A DNA stretch of 64,000 nt, from the NCBI GenBank assembly GCA_963817895.1, contig CAWFQB010000011.1, positions 288,001 to 352,000 on the forward strand. The letters run 5' to 3'. Source of the DNA: an uncultured Chthonomonadaceae bacterium. Its GTDB lineage: Bacteria > Armatimonadota > Chthonomonadetes > Chthonomonadales > Chthonomonadaceae. Shown piece after piece: positions 18,699 through 29,899 of this stretch (positions within the stretch are counted from its first letter, which is position 1; every line of letters starts with the position of its first letter). The position numbers and the translations under genes are program-made. The notes under the pieces were generated by a model. That model worked only from the letters and a program-made list of their open reading frames with translations. It made no database searches and was not told the origin of the DNA.

Positions 18699-20684
18699 AT
18701 GTTGTCCGTAGGTGGAATGAGAACGTTTTTCAATAAGTATGGCAACGGCTGCGCGCTGGTGCTGCTGCTCGTGTTTGCCGTGCCGTTGATCGTCAACTTC
18801 AGCAGCAATCAACTCGGCGGGCGGGCGGCGCGAAATACGCAGGGAGCCTCTGCGGAAGACACGGAAGTTGCCACTGTCAACGACCAGCCCATAACAGAAG
18901 CGGAATTTCGCCAGATGTCGTCTCTCATGCAGCAGAGCATGGGCAATGCCGCGCCGGGGCGGGCGTATGCGGAACAGCAGGGGCGCGTAGTACAGCGCCT
19001 GATCCAACTGGCCGTGATTCGGCAGGAAGCGCAGAAGCGCAACGCCCGCCCCTTGGACGCGGATATTGACCGCCAGATTGATAAGATGAAGGAAGCGCTG
19101 GCGCAGCAGCAGGGCAAAACAAAACTCTCCGATTCGGAATGGGAAACCTTCCTGCTGAACAACCGGAACATGTCCACGTCCGATCTGCGCGAACAAACCG
19201 CCAAAGATTTGATTCCGATGGCGCTGATGAACACGCTCAAAGCCGAACAGAAGGTAACAGAAGCGGAAGCCCGCAACCAGTACGCGCAGGCGCATCTCAC
19301 GCTGGTTCAGGTCGGCTATAAAGACCCGACTGTTCCCACTCTGCCCGGTCAAAAAACAAGCCTGCTGACCGAAGCCGAAGCGCAGAAAAAGGCCAACGAT
19401 CTGCTTGCCAAAGTGAAAGCGGGCGCGGACATCGGGCAAATCGCCGCCGCCAACGCCGCCACCAAAGAAGAGGCCAAAAAAGCGGGCGACGTTGGCAGCA
19501 TGGCCGAATACGCGCATCAGGCCGCCGGTCAGTTCTCCCTGAATCTGCAAATCCTGTACGGCAAAGACCTTGCCGAAGCGGTACACAAACTGGAAAAAGG
19601 GCAGACAACCGAAGTGGTCAAACTCGGAGGGCCGCAAAAGGCGTATGGCTTTGCCCGCCTTGTGGATCGCAAAGTGGAAACGCCCAAAGACTTCGACCCC
19701 AAAAAAGCCATCGTCGCCCTTGCCGAACAACGCGCAGGCGAACAGTTCACAGAACTTCTGAAAACGCTCGTGAAGTCCGCCAAAATCACCTTCAAGGATT
19801 TGGACAAAAAGGCGTACTACGATCTTGAGGAACTGGAAGCGGGGCAGCAGCCAAGCATGGAAGACATGATGAGCGGCAACACGCCCGTTATGCCCGACAA
19901 AGCCGAAACCGAAGCGAAACAGGCGCTCGTCAACAAAGAGTTCGAGGATATGGCGACACGCCACCCGGATGATGTCAACGCGGCCATTGTCGTGGCCGAC
20001 AACCTCAAATCCGATCCCAAAAAGATGCTGGAACCGGGCGCGCAGGATCGGCTCATCCAGATGAACGAATCCATCATCAAAACCAGCGAGGATCAGGACC
20101 GGCTCTTTGATCTGGCAGGGCTGTATCGCGACAAAAAGCAGTACGACAAGGCCAAATCGAAATACGACCGCATCGCGCTGCTGCTTAGTTATAATCCGCC
20201 CTATGACGCGGATGCCATGCAGGCGGCGGCAACGGCGCATCGCAAGTTGGAACAGGGCTATCGCAGCATCAACCAATCGGTAGCAGCGGATAAGGAAAAG
20301 GCCACGTTCGACGAATTGCAGCAGAAAATCACGATGGAACGGCTGAAGCAGGCCGAGGAGCAGCGCAAAAACAAAACAGGTACCGGCATCACTCCCAACA
20401 GCAGCATCACGCTTCCCCCCGGCGGCAGCGCGACGGTTCCCGCCAGTGGTTCGGTTCCCATGAATCTTACGCCTGCCGCGCCTTCGGGCGCAGGCAAAGA
20501 CGCGCCCTCTGCCCCTGCCGCGCCTTCTGGTTCCGGCCTGAATCTGAATATGAACGGGAATGGAGCCGGTGGCGGTTCCTCGCCCATTCAGATTACGCCT
20601 GCCGCGCCCCCCGGCAGTCCGGCAACTCCGTCGGGGGGCGGCGCAACCCCGACGGGTACGCCCACAACCGGCACAAAGCGCTAA
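18699..20684 (+). CDS. SurA-N/PpiC-like membrane-anchored foldase with a low-complexity tail
   Basis: N-terminal TM, VATVNDQPITEAEF, rotamase-like EAEAQKKANDLLAKVKAGADIGQIA, TPR-like helices, P/G/A/T-rich tail. Confidence 0.75.
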   Translation: MLSVGGMRTFFNKYGNGCALVLLLVFAVPLIVNFSSNQLGGRAARNTQGASAEDTEVATVNDQPITEAEFRQMSSLMQQSMGNAAPGRAYAEQQGRVVQRLIQLAVIRQEAQKRNARPLDADIDRQIDKMKEALAQQQGKTKLSDSEWETFLLNNRNMSTSDLREQTAKDLIPMALMNTLKAEQKVTEAEARNQYAQAHLTLVQVGYKDPTVPTLPGQKTSLLTEAEAQKKANDLLAKVKAGADIGQIAAANAATKEEAKKAGDVGSMAEYAHQAAGQFSLNLQILYGKDLAEAVHKLEKGQTTEVVKLGGPQKAYGFARLVDRKVETPKDFDPKKAIVALAEQRAGEQFTELLKTLVKSAKITFKDLDKKAYYDLEELEAGQQPSMEDMMSGNTPVMPDKAETEAKQALVNKEFEDMATRHPDDVNAAIVVADNLKSDPKKMLEPGAQDRLIQMNESIIKTSEDQDRLFDLAGLYRDKKQYDKAKSKYDRIALLLSYNPPYDADAMQAAATAHRKLEQGYRSINQSVAADKEKATFDELQQKITMERLKQAEEQRKNKTGTGITPNSSITLPPGGSATVPASGSVPMNLTPAAPSGAGKDAPSAPAAPSGSGLNLNMNGNGAGGGSSPIQITPAAPPGSPATPSGGGATPTGTPTTGTKR

Positions 20685-20690
20685 CGTCTC

Positions 20691-21476
20691 ATGCGCCGCA
20701 TTCCTGTTCCGCGCGCGTCTGCCGCCCCGGTTCCAACGGCGGCAGACGACGCAAGACTGGCCGCTTCCTTTAACCCGCCCACGTCCGGCCCATCTATGCC
20801 GGGAACTTTGTATCTGGTTCCTATGCCCATTGGCAACCCGGATGACATCAGCCTGCGCGGACTGCGAATTCTGCGCGATGTTTCGCGCATTGCTGTGGAA
20901 AGCCTCGCCGTTTCCCGCAAATTGATGGCGCATTGGGATATATCCACGCCCCTGCTATCCTATCGCGGCAGAGGGGGCGAAAATAACCGCGCGGAACTGC
21001 TGTCCCTGCTGCAAACCGGGCATAACGTTGCCCTGATCTGCGATGCCGGAACACCGGGAATCGCCGATCCCTGCCTTGTCATGGTACGCGCCGCGCTGCA
21101 AAAGCATTCTCCTGTTGTCGCGCTTCCCGGCCCCGCCGCCGTTCTGGTCGCCCTGACCGCCTCAGGACTGCCTGCAAACAGGTTCGTTTTCGATGGTTTC
21201 CCGCCCCGCGAATTGTCAGGCCGAATTGAGTTTTTCAAGCGATTGGCCCATGAGGAGCGAACCATTGTTCTGTATGAACATGCCGCTCGTCTGCGGGCAA
21301 CGCTCAACGATTTACAGCAGGCGGTTGGTTCCGACCGTCCTTTAGCCCTGGTTTGGGATATGACCCGGCCTGCGGAATCGTGGCTGCGCGGAACTACCGG
21401 GGAGGTCATCGCGCTTCTTCAAAGGCAGTCCCGGCGCGGCGAAATCACGATAATTCTCGCGGGACGGACGGCGTAA
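20691..21476 (+). CDS. rsmI: 16S rRNA (cytidine1402-2'-O)-methyltransferase
   Basis: GTLYLVPMPIGNPDDIS.R, DAGTPGIADP, PGP and FDGFPP motifs; start may be ATG 20796. Confidence 0.88.
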   Translation: MRRIPVPRASAAPVPTAADDARLAASFNPPTSGPSMPGTLYLVPMPIGNPDDISLRGLRILRDVSRIAVESLAVSRKLMAHWDISTPLLSYRGRGGENNRAELLSLLQTGHNVALICDAGTPGIADPCLVMVRAALQKHSPVVALPGPAAVLVALTASGLPANRFVFDGFPPRELSGRIEFFKRLAHEERTIVLYEHAARLRATLNDLQQAVGSDRPLALVWDMTRPAESWLRGTTGEVIALLQRQSRRGEITIILAGRTA

Positions 21477-21864
21477 ACCATCAACTGAATTATCAACAAT
21501 GAAGAGACTTCTTCGCATCCTGGGCGGGATGTTTTCGAGAAACGAACTACATCGGGCTTTTTGTTGTAATTCCCGTACATTTTTCCGTTCAAATTCGCGC
21601 GGAAATCGCGCATAATCTACCCGGAACTGCGGAGTGGTTCAAAAAATGTTAAAAGTGGTGAAGCGAAAAAAATATTTTTACTTTTTTTCTGAAAATTGAC
21701 TGAAAACAGGTTTGTGGCACGAATCTTGCAATAGATAGAATCAGGGAGCGTTTTCAGCCTATTTCGCGCGCGCAGTTTTTGTTGATTTTCGCTGATACAT
21801 GTAGTATTCTTACTTGAACTCTGTGAAAACGGGTACAATCTACTACAAATGAATGTGAGGAGCC

Positions 21865-22719
21865 GTGCCTCCAATAGAAACTCTTCGCGAAAGCCAGTCC
21901 GCGCAATGGCGTGTTGGCGCTGAACATGAACCGGGTATCCGCCTGCAAGACAGTATCGCTTCCGGGGAATCCGTCACTGCCGTATATTCGCCGATTACAA
22001 ACCAATTGCCTTTTAGCCCAAACCAGACGGAGACGGCATTGCTTTATCAGGATACATCCACGCTTCAAAACCGCTTTAAACACGATTTCGCGGACCCTTT
22101 GTTTCCATTGAAACCGGTCTCCTACGGAACCGTCAAGCGGTTCTTTGATGTTATGCTCTCTTTGTGCTTTATCATCACGTTTTCGCCCATTATGCTGCTG
22201 ACCGCGCTTTTGATAAAGCTGACCTCACGCGGTCCCGTTTTCTTCAAGCAGGTGCGCGTCGGACAGGGCGGGCGGCACTTCTGGTGCTATAAGTTCCGCA
22301 GCATGTGCGTGGACGCCGAAGACAAAAAACAACTGTTGATGCACCTCAACGAAGCTTCCGGCCCCGTCTTCAAAATCAAGCGCGACCCGCGCGTCACGCC
22401 CATCGGCAGCTTTATCCGCAAAATGAGCATTGATGAATTCCCCCAATTTTTCAACGTGCTGCGCGGGGATATGTCCATTGTCGGCCCGCGTCCGCCCATT
22501 CCCGCCGAAGTATCCACATACACCGCCCATCAGCGCGGACGACTAGCCGTTCGTCCCGGCCTGACCTGTTTATGGCAGGTGAGCGGACGCAGCAATATTT
22601 CCTTCGAGCGTTGGGTGGAATTGGATTTGCTGTACATCGAAACCATGTCTTTCACCAACGATGTGAGGATTGTGCTGAAAACCATTCCCGCCGTCCTCAA
22701 AGGTTCCGGCGCGCACTGA
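21865..22719 (+). CDS. Polyprenyl-phosphate sugar (priming) transferase
   Basis: KRFFDV, GPVFFKQVRVG, YKFRSM, DPRVT, DEFPQ and GDMSIVGPRP motifs. Confidence 0.93.
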   Translation: MPPIETLRESQSAQWRVGAEHEPGIRLQDSIASGESVTAVYSPITNQLPFSPNQTETALLYQDTSTLQNRFKHDFADPLFPLKPVSYGTVKRFFDVMLSLCFIITFSPIMLLTALLIKLTSRGPVFFKQVRVGQGGRHFWCYKFRSMCVDAEDKKQLLMHLNEASGPVFKIKRDPRVTPIGSFIRKMSIDEFPQFFNVLRGDMSIVGPRPPIPAEVSTYTAHQRGRLAVRPGLTCLWQVSGRSNISFERWVELDLLYIETMSFTNDVRIVLKTIPAVLKGSGAH

Positions 22720-22723
22720 AATG

Positions 22724-22812
22724 CAGGTGTCAGGTGTCAGGTGTCAGGTATCAGGACAACAGCCTGATATAACAGGATATTTCCTGACACCTGACACCTG
22801 ACACCTGACACC
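22724..22812. repeat. Inverted heptamer pair (CAGGTGT)n/(ACACCTG)n
   Basis: Arms at 22724-22755 and 22783-22812, spanning the intergenic gap. Confidence 0.9.
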
Positions 22813-22819
22813 TTCTCCT

Positions 22820-23632
22820 ATGTCCCCCGTCGCTGTCATTTATCTGGTGTGGGTTCCCCTCGGATTGCCGCCGCTTGAGCGTTTTCTGGCCTCTTACGCC
22901 CGCTTTCCCGCCGCTTTGCCCCATGACCTGATTGTTGTTTTCAATGGACACCAAACACCTGCCGAACTTATCCCCTTCCAAAATCGCCTGAGCGACGTAC
23001 CCCATACCCCGCGCGTTTTTGAGACGCCACAGCAGGACATTGCCAGTTACCTCGCTGTCGCCGCCACCTGTTCACAGGAGTATCTTTGTTTCCTCAATTC
23101 TTACAGTGAATTACAGGCGACGGACTGGCTCCAGAAACTTTATCAGCCCTTTCAATCTCCCACGGTGGGACTGGTGGGCGCAACGGGTTCGTGGGAAAGC
23201 CGTCAAATTGTGGTTCCCCTGCGGCAGTTGCGCACCTGGCTGTGCTACCGCCTGCATAATCGCCGCTGGCCCGCGTTTCCCAATCCGCATATCCGCTCTA
23301 CCGGGTTTATGCTGGCCCGCGAAACCATGCTGCGCCTGTCCCTGCCTCCCATTCAGAACAAACAGGATGCGTACCGGTTTGAAAGCGGGTTTTTCAGCAT
23401 GACGCGGCAGATACAATCCTGGAACCTGCAAACGCTGCTGGTAGACAGGAACGGTTCCGTCTTCGAGCCTGCAGATTGGGCAGCAATCCGCGCGTACCGT
23501 TCCGGCGATCAGAGTCAACTGTTGATTACGGACAATCGCTCACGGCTATACGAGGAGGCTGACGCGGCCACGAAACGGCAAATGAGCCGCATGGCATGGG
23601 GCGAATCGGCTCTGCCTCTGCCCGATCCATGA
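22820..23632 (+). CDS. Hypothetical glycosyltransferase-like protein
   Basis: Lies in the glycan cluster; YLCFLNS...WL...VGLVG and PHIRS pattern recalls GT-A-like proteins. Confidence 0.5.
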   Translation: MSPVAVIYLVWVPLGLPPLERFLASYARFPAALPHDLIVVFNGHQTPAELIPFQNRLSDVPHTPRVFETPQQDIASYLAVAATCSQEYLCFLNSYSELQATDWLQKLYQPFQSPTVGLVGATGSWESRQIVVPLRQLRTWLCYRLHNRRWPAFPNPHIRSTGFMLARETMLRLSLPPIQNKQDAYRFESGFFSMTRQIQSWNLQTLLVDRNGSVFEPADWAAIRAYRSGDQSQLLITDNRSRLYEEADAATKRQMSRMAWGESALPLPDP

Positions 23633-23721
23633 ATTTACGTTCCTGTTGAGAGGCAAATGGGTATAGTCATGGTACAATACTGGCATAATAGATTGTAGTT
23701 TTATCCAGAGGAGCTTTCGCA

Positions 23722-24559
23722 TTGGAATCTAATTCATCCCCAGTTTCATCCGCTGTTTCCGGCGATCCGTCCACGGTTCCGGCCAATCCTGCCGTTGGTC
23801 ATGCCGATGCCGGGACGCCCGCAGCAAACCGCCGTCTGGCGCGGCTTGCCCGTTCGCAGCGCGAGTACGTGCTGTCGGTACTGATTCCAGTTTACAACGA
23901 GGTCAACACCCTGCTGGAACTGATTGACCGGGTACGGGATGTGGAGATTACAAAAGAGATCATTCTGGTGGACGATGGCAGCACGGACGGCACGCGCGAG
24001 CTGATGCGAACGCAAATCGAAGGCCAGTTTCCTGATGTAAAAGTGTTTTACCACGAACAAAATCAGGGCAAGGGCGCGGCTATCCGAACCGCGATTTCGC
24101 AGGCGACGGGCGATTACCTGATTGTGCAGGATGCCGATCTGGAGTATGACCCGCGCGAATACTACACGCTTCTGGAACCCCTGCTGGACGGGCGCGCGGA
24201 CGTGGTATACGGCAGCCGTTTCCTGGGCGGCGGGCGCGCATCGCGTCCATTTTTTCTGGCATCGTATCGGCAATGGCCTGCTGACCCTGCTTTCCAACAT
24301 GCTGACGAACCTGAACCTGACCGATATGGAAGTGTGCTACAAAGTATTCAAGCGCGAAGTGCTGCAAAGCATCAACTTGCGCTGCAACAAATTCGACTTT
24401 GAACCCGAAGTGACCGCCAAAGTCGCCAAAAAACACTGCCGCATCTACGAAGTCCCCATCTCCTACAGTGGCCGCGATTACGAAGAGGGCAAAAAAATCG
24501 GCTGGCGCGACGGCGTTCAGGCGATCTGGACGATTATCAAGTATAAGTTTACGGATTAG
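23722..24559 (+). CDS. GT2 glycosyltransferase (polyprenol-P-sugar synthase-like), frameshift near 24230
   Basis: [16 protein letters not shown] and QDADLEYDP in one frame; LTDMEVCYK and [10 protein letters not shown] in another. Confidence 0.88.
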
Positions 24560-24565
24560 GAAGGG

Positions 24566-24626
24566 ATGAGATACGAGATACAAGATAAGAGAAGCATTGC
24601 CTCGTATCTTGTATCTCGTATCTCGT
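24566..24626. repeat. Inverted heptamer pair (ATACGAG)n/(CTCGTAT)n
   Basis: Lies between the GT2 stop and the galE RBS. Confidence 0.85.
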
Positions 24627-24644
24627 GCCTCTGAGGAATTACAC

Positions 24645-25619
24645 ATGATTCTCGTAACGGGCGGCGCAGGGTACATCGGCAGCCATTATGTTCAATACGC
24701 TCTGGAGCAGGGCGAACAGGTGGTGGTTCTGGACAATCTGGCCTACGGACACAAAGAGGCCGTGCCGGAGGGCGTACCTTTTTATGACGGCGATATGGGC
24801 GATTCCGCCCTGCTCGACAAGATTTTCACCACACACGAAATTGAAGCGGTAGTGCATTTCGCGGCCTTCGCGTATGTGGGCGAGTCGGTCACAGACCCGT
24901 CCAAATACTACAACAACAATACGTGCGCCACGCTTGCCGTTCTGGATGCCATGCGCCGCCACAACGCCAAACATCTTGTTTTCTCCTCGACCTGCGCCAC
25001 GTACGGCAATCCGCAGTACGTGCCGATGGACGAAAAGCATCCTCAGAATCCCATCAACCCCTACGGCGAAAGCAAATTTTTCGTGGAGCATATCCTGAAG
25101 GCGTTTGACCATGCTTATGGCCTGCGCTTCACTGCCCTGCGCTATTTCAACGCGGCGGGAGCTGACCCGCAGGGACGCATCGGGGAGAGCCACGAACCGG
25201 AAACGCATCTCATCCCCCTGATTTTACAGGTGGCAGCCGGAACGCGCGACCATATCGGCATTTTCGGAACGGATTACGATACGCCGGACGGAACCTGCAT
25301 CCGCGATTATATCCATATTCTGGATTTAGCGCAGGCGCACTCCCTTGCCCTCAAACGGCTGCGCGACGGCAACGACAGCGCGTTTTACAATTTAGGCAGC
25401 GAACAGGGGTATTCCGTGCGCGAAGTGATTGCCGCCTGCGAAAAGGTTTCCGGCAAAACGGTAAAGGTTGTGGAAGGCCCGCGCCGCGCCGGAGATCCGC
25501 CCCGTCTGGTGGCAAGCGCGGGCAAAGCCAAATCGGAACTCGGCTGGCGGCCCCGCTTCCAGAACATGGAAGAGATTATCGCCACAGCATGGAACTGGGA
25601 ACAGCATCGCCGCTACTAA
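24645..25619 (+). CDS. galE: UDP-glucose 4-epimerase
   Basis: GGAGYIGSH, HFAA...VGES, PYGESK, RYFNAAGA and DGTCIRDYIH motifs. Confidence 0.95.
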   Translation: MILVTGGAGYIGSHYVQYALEQGEQVVVLDNLAYGHKEAVPEGVPFYDGDMGDSALLDKIFTTHEIEAVVHFAAFAYVGESVTDPSKYYNNNTCATLAVLDAMRRHNAKHLVFSSTCATYGNPQYVPMDEKHPQNPINPYGESKFFVEHILKAFDHAYGLRFTALRYFNAAGADPQGRIGESHEPETHLIPLILQVAAGTRDHIGIFGTDYDTPDGTCIRDYIHILDLAQAHSLALKRLRDGNDSAFYNLGSEQGYSVREVIAACEKVSGKTVKVVEGPRRAGDPPRLVASAGKAKSELGWRPRFQNMEEIIATAWNWEQHRRY

Positions 25620-25698
25620 AGATTTTCGCGTTTTCAGCCGCAAATAAACGCGCGTAAACGCAAATATAACACCCGCAACATTCGATTAGGAAAACGCC

Positions 25699-26593
25699 AT
25701 GAAGGGAATTGTTCTTGCAGGCGGCAGTGGAACGCGCCTGTATCCGGTCACGCAGGCCATTTCCAAGCAGATGCTGCCCATTTACGACAAGCCGATGATC
25801 TATTATCCGCTGTCTACGCTGATGCTGGCCGGTATTCGCGACATACTGCTGATCTCCACGCCGCAGGATTTGCCCATGTTTCAGCGGCTGCTGGGCGATG
25901 GCAGTCAATACGGCATCAATCTGTCGTATGCGGAACAGCCGCGTCCTGAAGGGCTTGGCGCAGGCGTTTCATATCGGCAAGCGGTTTCTGGATGGCGGTC
26001 CCGCGTGTCTGGTGCTTGGCGATAACATTTTCTTCGGACACGGCCTGCCCGAACAACTGCGAACCGCCGCCAACCGGTCAAGCGGCGCGACCATCTTCGG
26101 CTACTATGTCAAAGACCCGGAGCGCTACGGCGTGATGGAATTCGACGCGCAGGGCAATGTGATTTCGCTGGAAGAGAAGCCGGCCAACCCGAAATCCGAT
26201 TACGCGGTTGTCGGCCTGTACTTCTACGACAATCAGATTACCGACATCGCCGCCGCCATCAAACCCTCCCCGCGCGGCGAACTGGAAATCACGGATGTCA
26301 ACAAAGCGTATCTGGAGAAGGGTCAGCTTCATGCCGATTTATTTGGCAGGGGTATCGCGTGGCTGGACACGGGTACGCACGAGTCCCTCTTGCAGGCCAG
26401 CAACTTTGTCGAGGCCATCGAGCAGCGACAGGGATTGAAAGTGGCCTGCCCGGAAGAAATCGCCTACCAGTGCGGCTGGATAACCGCCGATCAGGTCATG
26501 GAACAGGTGGCCCGATTGGGCAAAACCGATTACGCGAAATATCTCGCGCGGCTTATCGCGGAAAAGCATCTGCCGCGTAGTTCAGGAGAGTAG
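25699..26593 (+). CDS. rfbA: Glucose-1-phosphate thymidylyltransferase, frameshift near 25950
   Basis: [14 protein letters not shown] and [10 protein letters not shown], then (second frame) [20 protein letters not shown] and WLDTGT. Confidence 0.95.
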
Positions 26594-26674
26594 GTTGTTA
26601 GGTTGTTAGTTGTTAGGGTAATGAGGAAGACTTTCCTCACCTAACAACTAACAACCTAACAACCTAACAACCTA
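26591..26674. repeat. Inverted (TAGGTTGT)n/(ACAACCTA)n pair
   Basis: Left arm starts at the rfbA TAG; right arm at 26640-26674 ends just before the next RBS. Confidence 0.9.
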
Positions 26675-26698
26675 TCTTTTGAGGATTGTGTCCAACTT

Positions 26699-27166
26699 AT
26701 GAGTACATTAGAAATAGCAGCCACCATACCCGGAGTAGTTATCAAGTCCCTGCGCAAGTTTACGGACGCGCGCGGATGGCTGTTGGAACTGTATCGCGAC
26801 GACGAACTGCCCGAAGGTTTCAAGCCGGTCATGGGCTATGTTTCCCTGACGCATCCCGGCGTGGCGCGCGGCCCGCACGAGCATCGGGATCAGGCGGATG
26901 GCTTTGTCTTCATGTCGGGAACCTACGAGGTGACTCTGTGGGAGAACCGTCCGGGCCGGGAGCATACCAAACAGGTGCTGACAGTGGGCGCGGACAATCC
27001 CATTTTTCTGGTCGTGCCGCCCGGTGTCGTCCATGCGTATCGCAACATCGGCGCGGAAGACGCGACCGTGTTGAATTTTCCTGACCAACTGTACGCCGGA
27101 TGGGGCAAAAAAGAGCCGGTGGACGAAATCCGCCACGAAGAAATGGATTCGGAGTTTAAACTGTGA
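26699..27166 (+). CDS. rfbC: dTDP-4-dehydrorhamnose 3,5-epimerase family cupin
   Basis: DARGWLLE, PGVARGPHEH and VPPGVVHAY motifs; gene context. Confidence 0.85.
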   Translation: MSTLEIAATIPGVVIKSLRKFTDARGWLLELYRDDELPEGFKPVMGYVSLTHPGVARGPHEHRDQADGFVFMSGTYEVTLWENRPGREHTKQVLTVGADNPIFLVVPPGVVHAYRNIGAEDATVLNFPDQLYAGWGKKEPVDEIRHEEMDSEFKL

Positions 27167-28263
27167 GCGACCAGACTTCTCTACCTGCCCATGCGCCCGC
27201 GCCCGTAGACGCCAACGCCCGTAAAACTGTTCTCGTGACGGGTGGCGCGGGGTTTATCGGCAGCAACTATTGCCGCTACGCGCTGCAAAAGCATCCAAAC
27301 TATCGCGTGATTGTCGTGGACGCCCTGACCTATGCGGGCAACCTGTCCACAATGGCCGACATGCAGCACAACCCGGAAACGGCGGACCGATTCCGCTTTT
27401 ATCCCGGCAAAATTCAGGACGATACCGTTATCAACGGCATCATCAAGGCGGAAAAAGTAGATTACATCATCAACTTTGCCGCCGAATCGCACAACGACCG
27501 CTCCATTCTGGAACCGGGCAGTTTCATACAAACCGATGTGTACGGCGTGTTCACCCTTCTGGACGCCACCAAACAGAATAATGTAGACAAATTATTACAT
27601 GTGTCTACGGACGAAGTGTACGGCACGATTGATGACGGCCAGTTTACCGAGCAGTCGCCGATTGAACCGAATACGCCCTACTCGGCCAGCAAGGCGGGCG
27701 GCGAAATGCAGGTACGCGCCCACCGCATCACGTATGGAACGCCCGCGCTTGTCACCCGTTGCGGCAACAACTTCGGGCCGTTTCAGTACCCGGAAAAACT
27801 GATTCCCTTCTTCGTCACACGCCTGATTGACGACAAAAAGGTTCCACTGTATGGCACGGGGCAGCAGGTGCGCGACTGGGTGTATGTGATGGATCACTGT
27901 TCGGGCATTGACCACGTTCTGCACTACGGCACACTGGGCGAAGCGTACAACGTCGGCTCGGACGGCGAATGTACCAACATGGAGATTACGCAGCGTCTCC
28001 TCCAACTGCTCGACAAACCGGACACGCTTATCAAATACATCGGCGATCCGCGCGGCGGCGCGCATGACAAGCGGTATAGCGTCAACGCCGACAAACTGAA
28101 ATCGCTGGGCTGGAAATCCGAATACGACTTCGACGCGGCTCTGGAACAGACCGTCCGCTGGTACGTGGACAATCAGCAGTGGTGGCGCGACATCATCGCC
28201 ACTTCGGATTATCAGGATTTCGTCAAGCGGTTTTATGGCAAGTATCTGGGGGAAGACCTGTAA
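27163..28263 (+). CDS. rfbB: dTDP-glucose 4,6-dehydratase
   Basis: GGAGFIGSN, DALTYAGN, FAAESHNDRS, STDEVYG and PYSASKA motifs. Confidence 0.95.
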   Translation: MSDQTSLPAHAPAPVDANARKTVLVTGGAGFIGSNYCRYALQKHPNYRVIVVDALTYAGNLSTMADMQHNPETADRFRFYPGKIQDDTVINGIIKAEKVDYIINFAAESHNDRSILEPGSFIQTDVYGVFTLLDATKQNNVDKLLHVSTDEVYGTIDDGQFTEQSPIEPNTPYSASKAGGEMQVRAHRITYGTPALVTRCGNNFGPFQYPEKLIPFFVTRLIDDKKVPLYGTGQQVRDWVYVMDHCSGIDHVLHYGTLGEAYNVGSDGECTNMEITQRLLQLLDKPDTLIKYIGDPRGGAHDKRYSVNADKLKSLGWKSEYDFDAALEQTVRWYVDNQQWWRDIIATSDYQDFVKRFYGKYLGEDL

Positions 28264-28264
28264 A

Positions 28265-28380
28265 GGTGTTCGGTATTCAGTGTTCGGTGTTCGGTTCACA
28301 GTCGTGACGCGCTGAAGTAAACAGAGGCGCGTTTGCATTGTCCGAATACCGAATACCAAACGCCGAACACCGAACACCGA
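28265..28380. repeat. Inverted heptamer pair (GGTGTTC)n/(GAACACC)n
   Basis: Arms at ~28265-28297 and ~28342-28380, from just after a stop codon to just before GGAG. Confidence 0.88.
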
Positions 28381-28391
28381 CTGGAGCCTAC

Positions 28392-28867
28392 ATGGGTCTT
28401 GCGCTAACGAACTGGACGGACTTGGCCGTACAGATAGAGGAACGGCGGCGTCAGGGACAGCGCATCGTGACGACCAACGGCGTTTTTGATCTGTTGCACG
28501 TCGGACACGTCCGCTATTTGCAGGCCGCGCGTGAGTTGGGCAATATGCTGGTTGTGGGCGTGAATTCCGACGCCTGCACCCGGCGCTTGAAAGGCGACTC
28601 GCGCCCGCTGGTGTCGGAGGACGAGCGCATGGAAGTATTGGCCGCGCTTGCCTGCGTGGATTACGTCACCGTGTTTGACGAGCCGACGCCCAACGCGCTG
28701 CTTGCAGTGATACGTCCCGATATTCACGCCAAAGGCGGCGATTACGATAGTAGAGCAGATGCCGGAAACGCCCTCTGGTGCGCTCATGGGGCGGGCAGGT
28801 CGTCACGCTGCCGTTTATCGCCGGACGTTCCACAAGCCGTTTGATCGAACGCATGGAAGCGAAATAG
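28392..28867 (+). CDS. RfaE2/HldE-type nucleotidyltransferase, indels near 28750-28780
   Basis: [22 protein letters not shown] and KGGDY; the C-terminus [17 protein letters not shown] is in another frame. Confidence 0.85.
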
Positions 28868-28934
28868 ACCTGCCATGAAGGCTCCCTGTATCCAATCCGC
28901 CAGTTGTCGAAAGCGCGCAAAGCGGAACCATCCG

Positions 28935-29883
28935 TGAACCGTCCGATTCGTGTTAATCCTGTGTCGAACTACTCCCATGCCCGCCTGCCTTCCTGCAATG
29001 GTGAAAGCCATTCGCCTGAAGTCAGTCGCCCAAAAATCTATTTGTTTTCGCCGCGCTGGTGTTTGCCGGAAAATTGTTCGATTTGCGGATGCTTGCGCTG
29101 ACAATCGCCGCTTTCGTCTTGTTTACCCTGGCGGCGGGCAGCATGTATCTGCTCAACGACATTCTGGATGTGGAGCAGGATCAGGCGGCATCCCACCAAA
29201 TGCAAGCGTCCCATTGCGTCCGGCGCATTGCCTGTGGGCGTCGCGTGGGCAGAGTTCGCGGTTCTGGCGATCGGAAGTTTGAGCGCGGCGTTCTGCGCTG
29301 CGCCCCGGCTTTGGTTTTGTCCTGTTGGGCTACGTCGTTCTGCAAATCGCGTACTGCCTGAAGCTCAAACACATTGTTTTGATTGACGTGTTTACCATTG
29401 CCATCGGCTTCGTGCTGCGGGCGGTTGCGGGCGCGCTGGTTATCAACGTCAGTTTTTCCCACTGGCTGTTGCTGTGTACCCTGCAACTGGCGCTGTTTTT
29501 AGGGTTCGGCAAGCGCCGTCAGGAGATTGATTCTGCTTGGCGAGGGCGCGGGACAGCACCGCGCCAATCTGGACGAGTACAGCAAGCCCCTGCTGGATCA
29601 GATCATCAACATCGTGGTCGGCGTTACTATTGTCTGCTACTCCGTTTACAGCGTAGAATCCGAAACGGCTCATCTGCACCCGCATTTATGGGTCACGGTT
29701 CCCATTGTGATTTACGCGCTGTTCCGCTACATGTACCTTGTCTATCAGAAGGGTTGGGGCGGCGCGCCGGACGAAGTGCTGAAAAAAGACCGCGTTTTGC
29801 AGGCGACGATCGTAGTCTGGTTTCTGGTCGTGATGCTGATTTTCAAGTTCGATACGGGAATATGGTCGGCGATACAACGATAA
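28935..29883 (+). CDS. Decaprenyl-phosphate phosphoribosyltransferase (UbiA family), multiple frameshifts, start uncertain
   Basis: Fragments KNLFVF, YLLNDILDVEQD, HPTKCKRPIASG, LKHIVLIDV, GFVLRAVAG, FGKRRQE and GGAPDEVL. Confidence 0.85.
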
Positions 29884-29899
29884 GGAATCAATAGATATT

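Noticed and set aside
18684..20933. 749-aa minus-strand ORF (also 8534-10099, 4184-5026, 580-1311, 12088-12981)
   Set aside because: Antisense shadows of well-supported genes in GC-rich DNA; no recognisable motifs.
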